Positions 50,723-58,737 of a DNA stretch of 64,000 nt are shown here, piece by piece. Origin of the DNA: PVC group bacterium (lineage in GTDB: Bacteria > Omnitrophota > Gorgyraeia > B26-G9). The stretch spans positions 302 to 64,301 of the forward strand of contig JAAEQR010000202.1 of NCBI GenBank assembly GCA_024231215.1, in the 5' to 3' direction. The position numbers were made by a program, and so were the translations under genes. Position 1 is the stretch's first letter, and the number at the start of each line of letters is the position of its first letter. The notes beneath the pieces were generated by a model. That model did not search any database. It had not been told where the DNA came from and was given only the letters and a program-made list of their open reading frames with translations.

Positions 50723-50958
50723 ATCACCCCCCTTTTATATTGTTTATATGCAGCTTTAGTATCAAATGCGGTTTCACCATACTCCCACGGTATGGCCGGA
50801 CATCGCTTAATTAAGTTCAACCATGCCATCCTTGCCGTTCTTTTTGAAACATGGCGGTTTGGGCCGAAAAACACCCACCCCGTTTTTGAGCATGTAGCAT
50901 CAATTATAAATTTTCTTGGTTCAACATCGCTATGTACTATATTTACAAGCATTTTCAT
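50719..50958 (-). CDS. hypothetical protein
   Basis: 79-aa ORF. Confidence 0.3.
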   Translation of the reverse strand: MKMLVNIVHSDVEPRKFIIDATCSKTGWVFFGPNRHVSKRTARMAWLNLIKRCPAIPWEYGETAFDTKAAYKQYKRGVI

Positions 50959-50976
50959 ATTATGTCCTTTTTAAAA

Positions 50977-51068
50977 GGGCTGGCGGAATTGGGGTACGCT
51001 CCTAGCAAAATTTTTCATTTAATTTATTAATACCACAAAACGGATTCTTATAACCACACCGCCAGCCC
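50977..51068. repeat. stem-loop element, copy A (GGGCTGGCGG...CCGCCAGCCC)
   Basis: 10-bp perfect inverted-repeat arms flank a 72-nt AT-rich loop. The first 30 nt match copy B at 53698. Confidence 0.5.
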
Positions 51069-51132
51069 GTATTTTACTTTTCGGTATGAATGAGGCGGGA
51101 CTTTAACATTATTTTGAATGGGGGCAAAAAAA

Positions 51133-51318
51133 TCATAAACCCCATACCGCCATAAATACCCCAACAAACGCTGCGACAACACCCAAAGCAAGTAGAATTG
51201 CAACAATGGTCTGAAACCACATGGGGGTTTCGTCGGTACCGGGGCTTACTTGTATCACCATTACCATCAAAACAACAATCGTTAAGCCAGATGAAGCTAT
51301 TTTTAAACCCAACATCAT
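51133..51318 (-). CDS. small membrane protein (two TM helices)
   Basis: 61-aa ORF. Confidence 0.35.
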   Translation of the reverse strand: MMLGLKIASSGLTIVVLMVMVIQVSPGTDETPMWFQTIVAILLALGVVAAFVGVFMAVWGL

Positions 51319-51536
51319 TTTATATCCTCCAATTCAATCAGCAAATCGACATAATGTTTAATTTTCTGTATATCCTGTAACGGGGTGCCTTTCTGGTTAT
51401 ACCGGCACGCGTATTTTATTATCGACCCCTGGATGAAGCTCAAATTGTTTTTGGCAATAAATTCTATCGGCTGTATGGCGAAATTCTTATAGTGGCTGCC
51501 GCCCACCTGCGTATCGCTTGCTTTTTGCTTTTTCAT
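51315..51536 (-). CDS. DUF3310-like phage protein
   Basis: 73 aa with GGSHYKNFAIQPIEFI...IKYACRY..KG, matching the DUF3310 signature. This is from memory. Confidence 0.4.
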   Translation of the reverse strand: MKKQKASDTQVGGSHYKNFAIQPIEFIAKNNLSFIQGSIIKYACRYNQKGTPLQDIQKIKHYVDLLIELEDIK

Positions 51537-51781
51537 ATTATCTTGCTTTTCTTCAATACTTCTTCAACCAAGTCCAAATCACCACGCCAGTCATCGTGTT
51601 TGTTGTTGCAATCACCGGCGCAATGTGCGAATTTGCGAATCAACCTTATCCTACTTTTTGGCTGCATTTTTAACTCCGGGTATGTCAACCCCTCTATTAC
51701 CAGCAATATGCGTTTAAGTTCGGCGATTTTTATTGTGGCTTCTTGAAGTGCCAGTAAAAGGTGTTCTTCGTTGCTTATCAT
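51533..51781 (-). CDS. hypothetical protein
   Basis: 82 aa. The CTCATTATAATGAG palindrome lies 9 nt upstream. Confidence 0.35.
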   Translation of the reverse strand: MISNEEHLLLALQEATIKIAELKRILLVIEGLTYPELKMQPKSRIRLIRKFAHCAGDCNNKHDDWRGDLDLVEEVLKKSKII

Positions 51782-51789
51782 GGCATTTG

Positions 51790-51803
51790 CTCATTATAAT
51801 GAG
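51790..51803. promoter_or_regulatory. 14-bp palindrome CTCATTATAATGAG (copy 3)
   Basis: Exact match, 9 nt 5' of the minus-strand gene starting at 51781. Confidence 0.5.
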
Positions 51804-52180
51804 GATTCTGGTATTTGGTCTATATACACCAATGTGGGTTCTCGGCTTTCTTCGTACCTGTAATAACCAATAAATTCACCCTCACACCACGGCTTAATAA
51901 ATTCAAAAAATTTCTCAATTTCGCTCCCATAATTTTTAATATCACCCTTGGCAAGTAGCGAATATTGTTCACTGATTTTATCATAAGTAAGCAGGCCACA
52001 TTCTGTGTTTGGCGTGTAATAGCTACCATTGTTAAATAAATATGGCCATCTCCCCCCTGAGTTTTTAAAACACTCAGCCGAAGCGTCCTTGTCACACATT
52101 GCCCGAAGTATGTCTATTACTTCTTGTGGCGTGTCTGTTTTTAAATCCACGTTTACATAAATTTCTGTGTACATACCCAT
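51794..52180 (-). CDS. hypothetical protein
   Basis: 128-aa ORF. Confidence 0.35.
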   Translation of the reverse strand: MGMYTEIYVNVDLKTDTPQEVIDILRAMCDKDASAECFKNSGGRWPYLFNNGSYYTPNTECGLLTYDKISEQYSLLAKGDIKNYGSEIEKFFEFIKPWCEGEFIGYYRYEESREPTLVYIDQIPESSL

Positions 52181-52190
52181 AATTGTCTCC

Positions 52191-52979
52191 TTATTTGTTA
52201 TGCGGCGATTCTAATAACGCCTTCACCCCTGCCCACGTATAGCCACCGCCACCAAAAATCTTCAACCTATCAATATCCAAACAACCGTCATGGTAATCTG
52301 TATGGTGTTTTCGACAAAGAATCATGGTGGGGCCGGTAATGCTGCTTACCCCAGCAGACCGAAAAATCAGGTGGTGAATATCCAAACCAGTACGGCAGCC
52401 ACATTTTGCACAGACAATGGCTGAATTTTCAAACCAGGCTATGGTAGACAGCTTTTTCATCGCCAATTCTTTTTCATCCTTTGTGAAAAGTCGTAAGGTC
52501 GAAACCGTGCGGTCTACCTTTGATTCATTTACCGGCGGCAGGCCGTTTGCATCTTTCAATTCTTCGGTTATGTCTTGAATAGGTAATTCAAGCAAGGTTT
52601 TCGCCTTATCCCAACCCTGTTCTAGTGCAAACGTTTTTAGTTTGTCAAGCTTATCTTGGGGTGCACCCAATAATTCTTTTGGCGGTACATTAAGTTTTAA
52701 AATATATGTTTCGTATAATCGAATGTATTTATCTACTGCGCTTGACCCAACACCAAAACAGCTATAACAGAATTCACTGTAATTTTCAGCATAACCCCGC
52801 CATTTTTTCCCATCTTTAAAATATTTGGCAATTTCACCAGCACGAAAAATGCATTTAATCATTAACGCCGTAATATAAATAGCATATTTTCTAAGTTCTT
52901 CGGCGTTATCCTCTTCAACTTTTCGGTGTATCGCCAGATCAATTTCTTCACCCCATAGCATTAATTTATTTTCTGTCAT
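52191..52979 (-). CDS. HNH endonuclease domain protein
   Basis: 262 aa. The C-terminal CAKCGC....DIHHLIFRSAG...LCRKHHTDYHDG block is an HNH motif with a zinc-binding CxxC pair. Confidence 0.5.
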   Translation of the reverse strand: MTENKLMLWGEEIDLAIHRKVEEDNAEELRKYAIYITALMIKCIFRAGEIAKYFKDGKKWRGYAENYSEFCYSCFGVGSSAVDKYIRLYETYILKLNVPPKELLGAPQDKLDKLKTFALEQGWDKAKTLLELPIQDITEELKDANGLPPVNESKVDRTVSTLRLFTKDEKELAMKKLSTIAWFENSAIVCAKCGCRTGLDIHHLIFRSAGVSSITGPTMILCRKHHTDYHDGCLDIDRLKIFGGGGYTWAGVKALLESPHNK

Positions 52980-52985
52980 CTCACC

Positions 52986-53351
52986 TCATGCAATATAACC
53001 TTTGCTGAAAATAATTTCATCTTCGTTTGGCTCTTTAAATTCGGGCGGGATTTTAAAATCAACCACCGCATTTAATCTCTTTTTTCTGCACTTCTTGTGC
53101 CAATTATTGTCCGACAATGCGTGTTTGGCACAGCGAATACCACCAGAAACCGGCATATCACATTCTACACACAACCCATTCTTTTTTCTCTTGTCCCGTC
53201 TTTTCTGCACTGACTTCTTTTGGTAAATTAAATGCTTTTCACAATAAGCACGACCGGGCACGACCGGGTTATTGCACCGCTGGCATAATGAGCTTTCTTT
53301 TCTTCTCTTATACCGAAGTCTTTCGTATGCTCGTTTTTCTTCTAACGTCAT
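52986..53351 (-). CDS. zinc-finger protein
   Basis: 121 aa with repeated CxxC(n)CxxH units. Confidence 0.35.
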   Translation of the reverse strand: MTLEEKRAYERLRYKRRKESSLCQRCNNPVVPGRAYCEKHLIYQKKSVQKRRDKRKKNGLCVECDMPVSGGIRCAKHALSDNNWHKKCRKKRLNAVVDFKIPPEFKEPNEDEIIFSKGYIA

Positions 53352-53470
53352 TTCCCTGCCGGTAATTTAAGTTTTTTTAAGTGCCACCCCACCACAACGG
53401 CGAAAACGAGGGCGGCTGCCACCCATATCGCCAGAAACTCTAATATGTAGAGCAGGATTATCATAATTAA

Positions 53471-53632
53471 GCTCCACACGTACACTCTTCACCACAAAAT
53501 ACCATCTTCGCCGCACATGCCTTTTTATGCCCAGCCTTCATATACTTATCAAACTCAATGTCATCTATTATACAATTTAAGCAAAGGCGGTATAAATATG
53601 CCTCTTCTTCCCCACATCTGCGACAATTCATG
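53471..53632 (-). CDS. zinc-ribbon peptide (not in track)
   Basis: 53-aa ORF MNCRRCGEEEAYLYRLCLNC... Coordinates are approximate. Confidence 0.2.
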
Positions 53633-53697
53633 GTTTCACCCCATTTGTATAAATTCTAAATTGTCTTTTTTGCTCATAATATCACCTGTTAAATAAG

Positions 53698-53759
53698 GGG
53701 CTGGCGGAATTGGGGTACACTCCTGGAAAAGTTTCCTCTTATTAATTTGCCGCCAGCCC
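53698..53759. repeat. stem-loop element, copy B (GGGCTGGCGG...CCGCCAGCCC)
   Basis: 10-bp perfect arms with a 42-nt loop and an internal GGAAA/TTTCC hairpin. The 3' arm overlaps the stop of the 53742..53945 gene. Confidence 0.5.
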
Positions 53760-53945
53760 TATTATAGTTATCGGTTCACCATTAGCCAAGCTTAAGGTTT
53801 TTTTGCATGGGCGTGAATTTTTTGGTAATATTGAAAAACCCTCTAGTTTTAACATATATTCTGCCCACACTTCGCAACCACGGCATGGTTCGTCCATAAT
53901 GCACTTAACTGCTTCGTCATATGGGCATTGCTTTTGTTTGTTCAT
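53742..53945 (-). CDS. Cys-containing small protein
   Basis: 67-aa ORF. Confidence 0.3.
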   Translation of the reverse strand: MNKQKQCPYDEAVKCIMDEPCRGCEVWAEYMLKLEGFSILPKNSRPCKKTLSLANGEPITIIGLAAN

Positions 53946-53947
53946 GG

Positions 53948-54139
53948 CTATTTACACCTTTTTACAACAGGACACTTACCATAAGAACAACGAACATCCA
54001 TCATTGGCGCACCCCATCCTGTATTAAATTGACACCACAATTTATCTTCTTGTTCATCTACCCATCTACAATTTTTTCGAAATGTCCTAAAGCTTACATA
54101 TAAACTAGGACTGCCCGTACCCTTTACATATTTTTTCAT
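53948..54139 (-). CDS. hypothetical protein (start at internal Met MKKYVKG)
   Basis: The track ORF extends to 54229, but a start at 54139 leaves the palindrome 10 nt upstream, as for the other early genes. The protein is Cys-rich. Confidence 0.3.
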   Translation of the reverse strand: MKKYVKGTGSPSLYVSFRTFRKNCRWVDEQEDKLWCQFNTGWGAPMMDVRCSYGKCPVVKRCK

Positions 54140-54148
54140 AGCATAATC

Positions 54149-54162
54149 CTCATTATAATGAG
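54149..54162. promoter_or_regulatory. 14-bp palindrome CTCATTATAATGAG (copy 4)
   Basis: Exact match, 10 nt 5' of the minus-strand start at 54139. Confidence 0.5.
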
Positions 54163-54215
54163 CATTTTGGTGGGGCCGGGCGGAATCAAACCGCCACACA
54201 CCTGCTTTCTTTAAA

Positions 54216-54401
54216 TTAACTGCCGTCATCGTTTAAAATTGACTCTATAATCTTAGCCAATGCAGATATGGCTGCCCCTTGGTTCCCAAAGTATTCAGCA
54301 ACGGTTTTTCCGTTAAAGGGGCGACCATCAAATTTTTTTGCATCATTTTTCATATCTACTGCTATCATTTTTAAGACTTTAATTCTTTTATCGTCAGCCA
54401 T
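54216..54401 (-). CDS. hypothetical protein
   Basis: 61-aa ORF. Confidence 0.3.
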   Translation of the reverse strand: MADDKRIKVLKMIAVDMKNDAKKFDGRPFNGKTVAEYFGNQGAAISALAKIIESILNDDGS

Positions 54402-54558
54402 TTTTTAATCCTCCTTTTAGTTAACCATAATCGTCGTTTCTTTTCTGTTTTAGAAAATATATAAAATCGTCGTCGGTTAGTTTGAAAAAATGGGTGAAGG
54501 ACAAGCCCTGTATCATGCCCCCCACCCGGTTATCCACAGACACCCGGAAGGTATGGGT

Positions 54559-55041
54559 TTAACGGATCGTCTGTGGTTTATGTTCAAGCGTATATTCTTT
54601 ATTGTTAATAATTATGCTTTCATCACGTTCTAGCTGTGCAATTTCGTCCCGTTTCAAAAATGCAATGTTGGCATGGTAGCTACTGCAAAAACTACAGCGC
54701 AGACAGGTGGTGTATTTTCTCCCATCAATCACATGCTTTATAAAAATAAGACCAATATCACAATGATTACATTCAGTACCGTCCCAGTGTGACTCCCCGG
54801 TTTCGCCTTGGTCGCTACGTGCTTTCTGCTCCTGTTTTCGCACCATATACCGTAAATACTTATAAGTGAATTTAGCGTCTGTGTCACCCGTTGTTATTTC
54901 TTCTGCCGCTGCTTCTAAATGCGAAAGTTTGCTATATTTTAACTTATCCCATGCAAAATCTATAAAATCCTTTTTAACAACAAGGTTATTCAGCACCACT
55001 ATTCGCTTAATTACGGTTGAAAATTCGGCTATTGAGATCAT
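54559..55041 (-). CDS. Cys-rich hypothetical protein
   Basis: 160 aa with a CNHCD...CLRCSFC cluster. The palindrome lies 7 nt upstream. Confidence 0.35.
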   Translation of the reverse strand: MISIAEFSTVIKRIVVLNNLVVKKDFIDFAWDKLKYSKLSHLEAAAEEITTGDTDAKFTYKYLRYMVRKQEQKARSDQGETGESHWDGTECNHCDIGLIFIKHVIDGRKYTTCLRCSFCSSYHANIAFLKRDEIAQLERDESIIINNKEYTLEHKPQTIR

Positions 55042-55047
55042 AATACC

Positions 55048-55061
55048 CTCATTATAATGAG
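55048..55061. promoter_or_regulatory. 14-bp palindrome CTCATTATAATGAG (copy 5)
   Basis: Exact match, 7 nt 5' of the minus-strand start at 55041. Confidence 0.5.
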
Positions 55062-55693
55062 CATTTTACTTTATAAACAATTGGTTTTTGAAACTCACCC
55101 AATATGTAATTTTTGTTATCACCTTTTGGATAAGGTTTGGTTTTATAATTTAATTTTAAAATAACCTGTTTTTTAAATTTTCTGTTTTTTATTGCAAAAA
55201 AAACATACCTGTGTTTGGCTGTCCTTATTTTTCTAAACTCACCCTGATCTTTATTTTTAGTATGTCTTGAATGTTTATTGCCTAATGTGTATTTAACAGT
55301 TCTTTGTTTTGTACAACCAGTATATAAAAAATTACACGCTTGATAAATATACCCATGATGATCCATATTCGTATCACTATAGGCAACAATTATTACATTT
55401 TCAAAACTAAGTCGCCTTAAACAAGCACCAACAAATGCACTTAATGGTTCATTTAAATCATCTACACGGCAAAGCCTATTTAATTCAAAAACCATAAAGG
55501 AGAATTCTTTACCACATATACCATTGCATAAAGTGTTAGAGGCTGGTTTACCAAAAGTGCAAACAGCTTGTAATTTGTTATCAATAAACCAACCCCACGC
55601 CCAAGAAATAGACGGCATACGTCCCGAATAGTGCTTTGGTAGTAAAAAATCCCGACATTCTTTATATGTTAAGTGTTTTATTTTGCCCCTCAT
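55052..55693 (-). CDS. possible Mom-like (acyltransferase-fold) DNA-modification protein
   Basis: 213 aa. The N-terminal KHYSGRMP...FGKP and C-terminal AYSD...HHGYIYQACNFLYTGCT blocks resemble phage Mu Mom as recalled from memory (..HYS...P..FGRP / ..YAD...GH.GTIYQAAGW.Y.G). No alignment was run. Confidence 0.3.
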   Translation of the reverse strand: MRGKIKHLTYKECRDFLLPKHYSGRMPSISWAWGWFIDNKLQAVCTFGKPASNTLCNGICGKEFSFMVFELNRLCRVDDLNEPLSAFVGACLRRLSFENVIIVAYSDTNMDHHGYIYQACNFLYTGCTKQRTVKYTLGNKHSRHTKNKDQGEFRKIRTAKHRYVFFAIKNRKFKKQVILKLNYKTKPYPKGDNKNYILGEFQKPIVYKVKCSL

Positions 55694-56409
55694 ACATATT
55701 CACTTTCTTTCGGCTGCCGGTATTCTATAACTTCGTCCTCCCACCGGCGACCATTCAAATAGGTTGACGGGTGCGGTATATACTGCGGTTCACGCCATTG
55801 CACTTCAATTTGTCGTGCAACCGCCGCCATAATTTCTGTAATTAGTTCTTCGTCAGGTTTTAACTTATAAAATGCTTTACGTGCCTGTTCTTTGTTCGTC
55901 CTTCTGGGGTAGCAGAAATAAAACCATTCAAAAAAAAGGTTTTGGTTACTGTCAGGCGTGACAACGCCTTCTCTTATATTATATTCTATTATATTATAAT
56001 TATAATTAGGGGCACATTTGGCAACCTGAAGTTCACCAAAACCAAGGGCTTCGTGCTTGTCTGGATTATATTCAGGCAGTTCGCTTTTTTGGTAACGGTC
56101 AGACCTAAATGTTTGAAATTTAGCCCATTTTAAGATTTGTATATATTTATTGCCGGTCGAAATGTCAGCGTACCAGATAATTAAATTATTGACCGATAAA
56201 TCGCATAAGAATGACCGGACTTTGCTCGTTTTGTGTTTTAAAAGTGGAAACACGAGTCCCTTGATGTAATTTTCTTCACCTTGGATGCGCCCGTCGTCGT
56301 CACAATGTGGTATTAACCACGTAAAAAGTAACCTCGCAGTGTCACTTTTTAACCTCGAAACTCTTAAACTTGTGCAAATTGATTTTGCTAACATACGTTT
56401 GGTTGCCAT
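55690..56409 (-). CDS. phage replisome organizer / replication initiation protein-like
   Basis: 239 aa. The N-terminal ARLLFTWLIPHCDDDGRIQG resembles the phage replisome-organizer N-domain. The C-terminal FEWFYFCYPRR..KEQARKAFYKLKPDEEL..IM.AV.RQ...W.....IPHPSTYLNGRRWEDE matches the conserved C-terminal domain of phage replication proteins. Confidence 0.45.
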   Translation of the reverse strand: MATKRMLAKSICTSLRVSRLKSDTARLLFTWLIPHCDDDGRIQGEENYIKGLVFPLLKHKTSKVRSFLCDLSVNNLIIWYADISTGNKYIQILKWAKFQTFRSDRYQKSELPEYNPDKHEALGFGELQVAKCAPNYNYNIIEYNIREGVVTPDSNQNLFFEWFYFCYPRRTNKEQARKAFYKLKPDEELITEIMAAVARQIEVQWREPQYIPHPSTYLNGRRWEDEVIEYRQPKESEYV

Positions 56410-56422
56410 TTTTTTAACCTGT

Positions 56423-56968
56423 TTATAATTGTATTACTGCGGCAGAATATACTTTGTCTCGCAGTAATTTTGTTGGTATTGCTACATTGTGTGTGTTGTA
56501 ACCCTTGTTTTTTGCTGGCGGTATTTTAAAGTTGATTTTCCACTCATTTTTAAATTTTAACCAAACCCTTCTTAGTAATTGCCACGGAAATAAATAACAA
56601 ACTTGTGTTGGCATAAAAGCATAAGCTAAATAGTCTATTAGCAGGTCTTTTTCCATCCAGCCGGGTGCACCAGTCGTGTCATTTGATAAGTATTCAAGAA
56701 GAATGTCATTATATGTGCCCCGTCTTTTTTTCTCATCAATATATAATGTTTTACCGCTTTTTAAGTAGATTAGTCTGTCAATGCCCAAACGCTGTCCTTG
56801 GTTATTGCCTTTACATTGAATATTATAAAGCATGTCTGGAAAAGCTTTGGTATAAATTGCTTGCCAAAAATTCTCTTCACTGGCATTTTCGCTAAATTTT
56901 AAATCCTCGTGAAAATTATTTAATTTCGTTGCCATAACTTGTCCAACCCTCTCTTTCTTCTCTTGCAA
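56423..56968 (-). CDS. hypothetical protein, possible PD-(D/E)XK-like nuclease
   Basis: 181 aa. The GIDRLIYLKSGKTLYIDEKK block could be a D...(D/E)xK core. This is weak. Confidence 0.25.
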   Translation of the reverse strand: MQEKKERVGQVMATKLNNFHEDLKFSENASEENFWQAIYTKAFPDMLYNIQCKGNNQGQRLGIDRLIYLKSGKTLYIDEKKRRGTYNDILLEYLSNDTTGAPGWMEKDLLIDYLAYAFMPTQVCYLFPWQLLRRVWLKFKNEWKINFKIPPAKNKGYNTHNVAIPTKLLRDKVYSAAVIQL

Positions 56969-58016
56969 AAACTTCTGCTTTGGGTAAATCCGGATACATT
57001 TTCTCTATTATTTCATAAAACACCTGCGGTTTTTTACTGTGTTCTAATCGTGGTGCAATAACGACAGAAGCTATTCTGTCCTCTGGTTCTGGCATGGGTG
57101 GTTCGCCTATTTTTGCTATTAAAAGTAATTCGTGTTTTTGCCTTACGTAATAGCCCATACCAATTTTGTCTTTCACCCACACCATGCAGGTTCTATAATT
57201 AAAATTCCATTGGTTTATAACTTCAATGCTTTCGGCTAGTTTGGGGCTGGTTGTCCACAAAAATAAAATACAATTATTTGCTGTAATTTTGTGGATCGGG
57301 TAGTTTTTTATGTCTTCTAACTGCATTGTTGGATATTGTTTTTCAATTGCTCGGCTATGCGAAACAACGTGTTCATATTGCCACGGTGGGTCACAATATA
57401 AAACAGCATGTTTTTTATTGTCCAAGCAGTCTGTAATAATGCTTTCGTGCCGCATTATTTTTTTTTCTTGCCCTGTAATATTTTTATATATTTCATTAAT
57501 AGAACTATTTCCTTCTGTAAGGGCTTCTTTTTGCTCAGCTGTTGCCTGCTGATTTATTTTTTTTACTTTGGTTATTGTATCGTGTGAAACACCGGCCTCT
57601 TTAGCAAGTTCTTGGCGTGTTTCTATAGCTTTGGCAGAAGTCTGCGGAACCTTTTCAACCCCCCCCGCCTGTTGTTTTGTTTTGGCTTTTGCTTGATAAT
57701 ATTCTTCAAGTTGTAATGCTAAAACACTGCGTTGATATGCGTTTATATTTCTCCTTCCAAACTGATTTTTAACAATCCATATTTTTGCTGCTGCTTCAGA
57801 TTCAATAATATATTTTATTTTTTTTATGTCAAAATCAATGTCGTGTTTATGGCATATTGCATACCGATTATGCCCATCAATTATGGTATCACGCCACGTT
57901 ATAATGGGGTTTAGACATCCATTTGTTAAAATATTTTGTTCTAGTTGTTTATATTCTTGTTCGGTGAGTGGTGGTATTATTGCTTTAAATTCGGGGTTCA
58001 CGGCAATTTCTTTCAT
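56916..58016 (-). CDS. ParB-like nuclease domain fused to N6-adenine DNA methyltransferase (MT-A70/DPPW type)
   Basis: 366 aa. The N-terminal ParB/Sulfiredoxin-like region reads IDGHNRY. The C-terminal methyltransferase has a DPPW catalytic motif (LYCDPPWQYE). Confidence 0.6.
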   Translation of the reverse strand: MKEIAVNPEFKAIIPPLTEQEYKQLEQNILTNGCLNPIITWRDTIIDGHNRYAICHKHDIDFDIKKIKYIIESEAAAKIWIVKNQFGRRNINAYQRSVLALQLEEYYQAKAKTKQQAGGVEKVPQTSAKAIETRQELAKEAGVSHDTITKVKKINQQATAEQKEALTEGNSSINEIYKNITGQEKKIMRHESIITDCLDNKKHAVLYCDPPWQYEHVVSHSRAIEKQYPTMQLEDIKNYPIHKITANNCILFLWTTSPKLAESIEVINQWNFNYRTCMVWVKDKIGMGYYVRQKHELLLIAKIGEPPMPEPEDRIASVVIAPRLEHSKKPQVFYEIIEKMYPDLPKAEVFAREEREGWTSYGNEIK

Positions 58017-58033
58017 ATTTCGGCCTTTCGTAG

Positions 58034-58113
58034 AAAAAATTAAAGGCAGAAAGAGCTAAATAAGGTATAGAGATCACCTCTGCTGGTGTTGCCACTCAGC
58101 AACTCTTTCTGCC
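58034..58113 (-). terminator. rho-independent terminator (long hairpin)
   Basis: 11-bp perfect arms GGCAGAAAGAG / CTCTTTCTGCC followed on the minus strand by TTTAATTTTTT. It lies downstream of the tRNA pair and upstream of the ParB-MTase start. Confidence 0.5.
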
Positions 58114-58251
58114 TGGTTGTTTGTTGGATTGTTTGTTTAAAAAATGACATACAGCCTCTTGTTTTTATTTATACTCAACAGTATAGCATACCCACCCACC
58201 TTGTCAAGCCCTAAAAGTTGTTGTTTCAAATGCGGCGGATTCAAATAAAAC

Positions 58252-58373
58252 GGCTGGCGGGCAGGATTCGAACCTGCACGGGGAGGCGTTCTCAGCCTTT
58301 ATCCCCTCTTGACATTGGTGCCTAGGACATGCCTTCCAGCGTCTAGCCATACACATTTCCGCCACCGCCAGCC
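58252..58373 (-). ncRNA. aberrant tRNA-like element (122 nt) with canonical T-arm and acceptor pairing
   Basis: On the minus strand it has GCAGG-TTCGAAT-CCTGC (T-arm) followed by CCGCCAG-C. This pairs with a 5' CTGGCGG (or GGCTGGCGG, 9 bp) followed by U at the position-8 equivalent. A long GGGGA...TCCCC hairpin sits where a variable arm would be. No standard anticodon arm is found and the element is about 35 nt longer than a class II tRNA. Confidence 0.3.
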
Positions 58374-58381
58374 GTTATTAT

Positions 58382-58457
58382 TGGCGAATCGGCGGGGACT
58401 CGAACCCCGAACCGCTGGTTTTGGAGACCAGTGCTCTAGCCGTTGAGCTACCGACTC
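58382..58457 (-). tRNA. tRNA-Trp (anticodon CCA), CCA 3' end encoded
   Basis: Manual fold: acceptor GAGTCGG/CCGATTC (one G-U), D-arm GCTC-AACGGCTA-GAGC, anticodon arm CTGGT-CTCCAAA-ACCAG, variable CGGTT, T-arm CGGGG-TTCGAGT-CCCCG, discriminator G, then CCA. Confidence 0.75.
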
Positions 58458-58463
58458 GATTTA

Positions 58464-58477
58464 CTCATTATAATGAG
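58464..58477. promoter_or_regulatory. 14-bp palindrome CTCATTATAATGAG (copy 6)
   Basis: Exact match, 6 nt 5' of the tRNA-Trp 5' end on the minus strand. Confidence 0.5.
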
Positions 58478-58561
58478 TGTTTTAATAAAGGCACCGACCG
58501 CCACAAACAGCCGCAGAAAAGGGGGGTAAGCTGCGGTTAGGGGTCAGTCGGTGCCGCTTGT

Positions 58562-58714
58562 TTATCTAGTAAAAGCAAAATAAATAACATATAGCCACCC
58601 AAAAATGCCGTGCAAAATGGCCCACAAGATAGATTTGTATAATGACCATGAAATGGATACGGCTATAGCTGCTCCCAGCGAAATGCCTGTACTCGTTGTG
58701 GTTGAATTTGCCAT
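58562..58714 (-). CDS. small membrane protein (about 50 aa, not in track)
   Basis: MANSTTTSTGISLGAAIAVSISWSLYKSILWAILHGIFGWLYVIYFAFTR with an AAAGGAGAAAAT ribosome-binding site upstream. Confidence 0.3.
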   Translation of the reverse strand: MANSTTTSTGISLGAAIAVSISWSLYKSILWAILHGIFGWLYVIYFAFTR

Positions 58715-58737
58715 AATTTTCTCCTTTTTATAATCGT

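Noticed and set aside
58252-58373. tmRNA or intact class II (Ser/Leu/Tyr/Sec) tRNA
   Set aside because: The element is too short for a tmRNA. It is about 35 nt too long for a class II tRNA, has no canonical anticodon arm, and has a 13-18-nt D-loop equivalent. It is kept only as an aberrant tRNA-like element.
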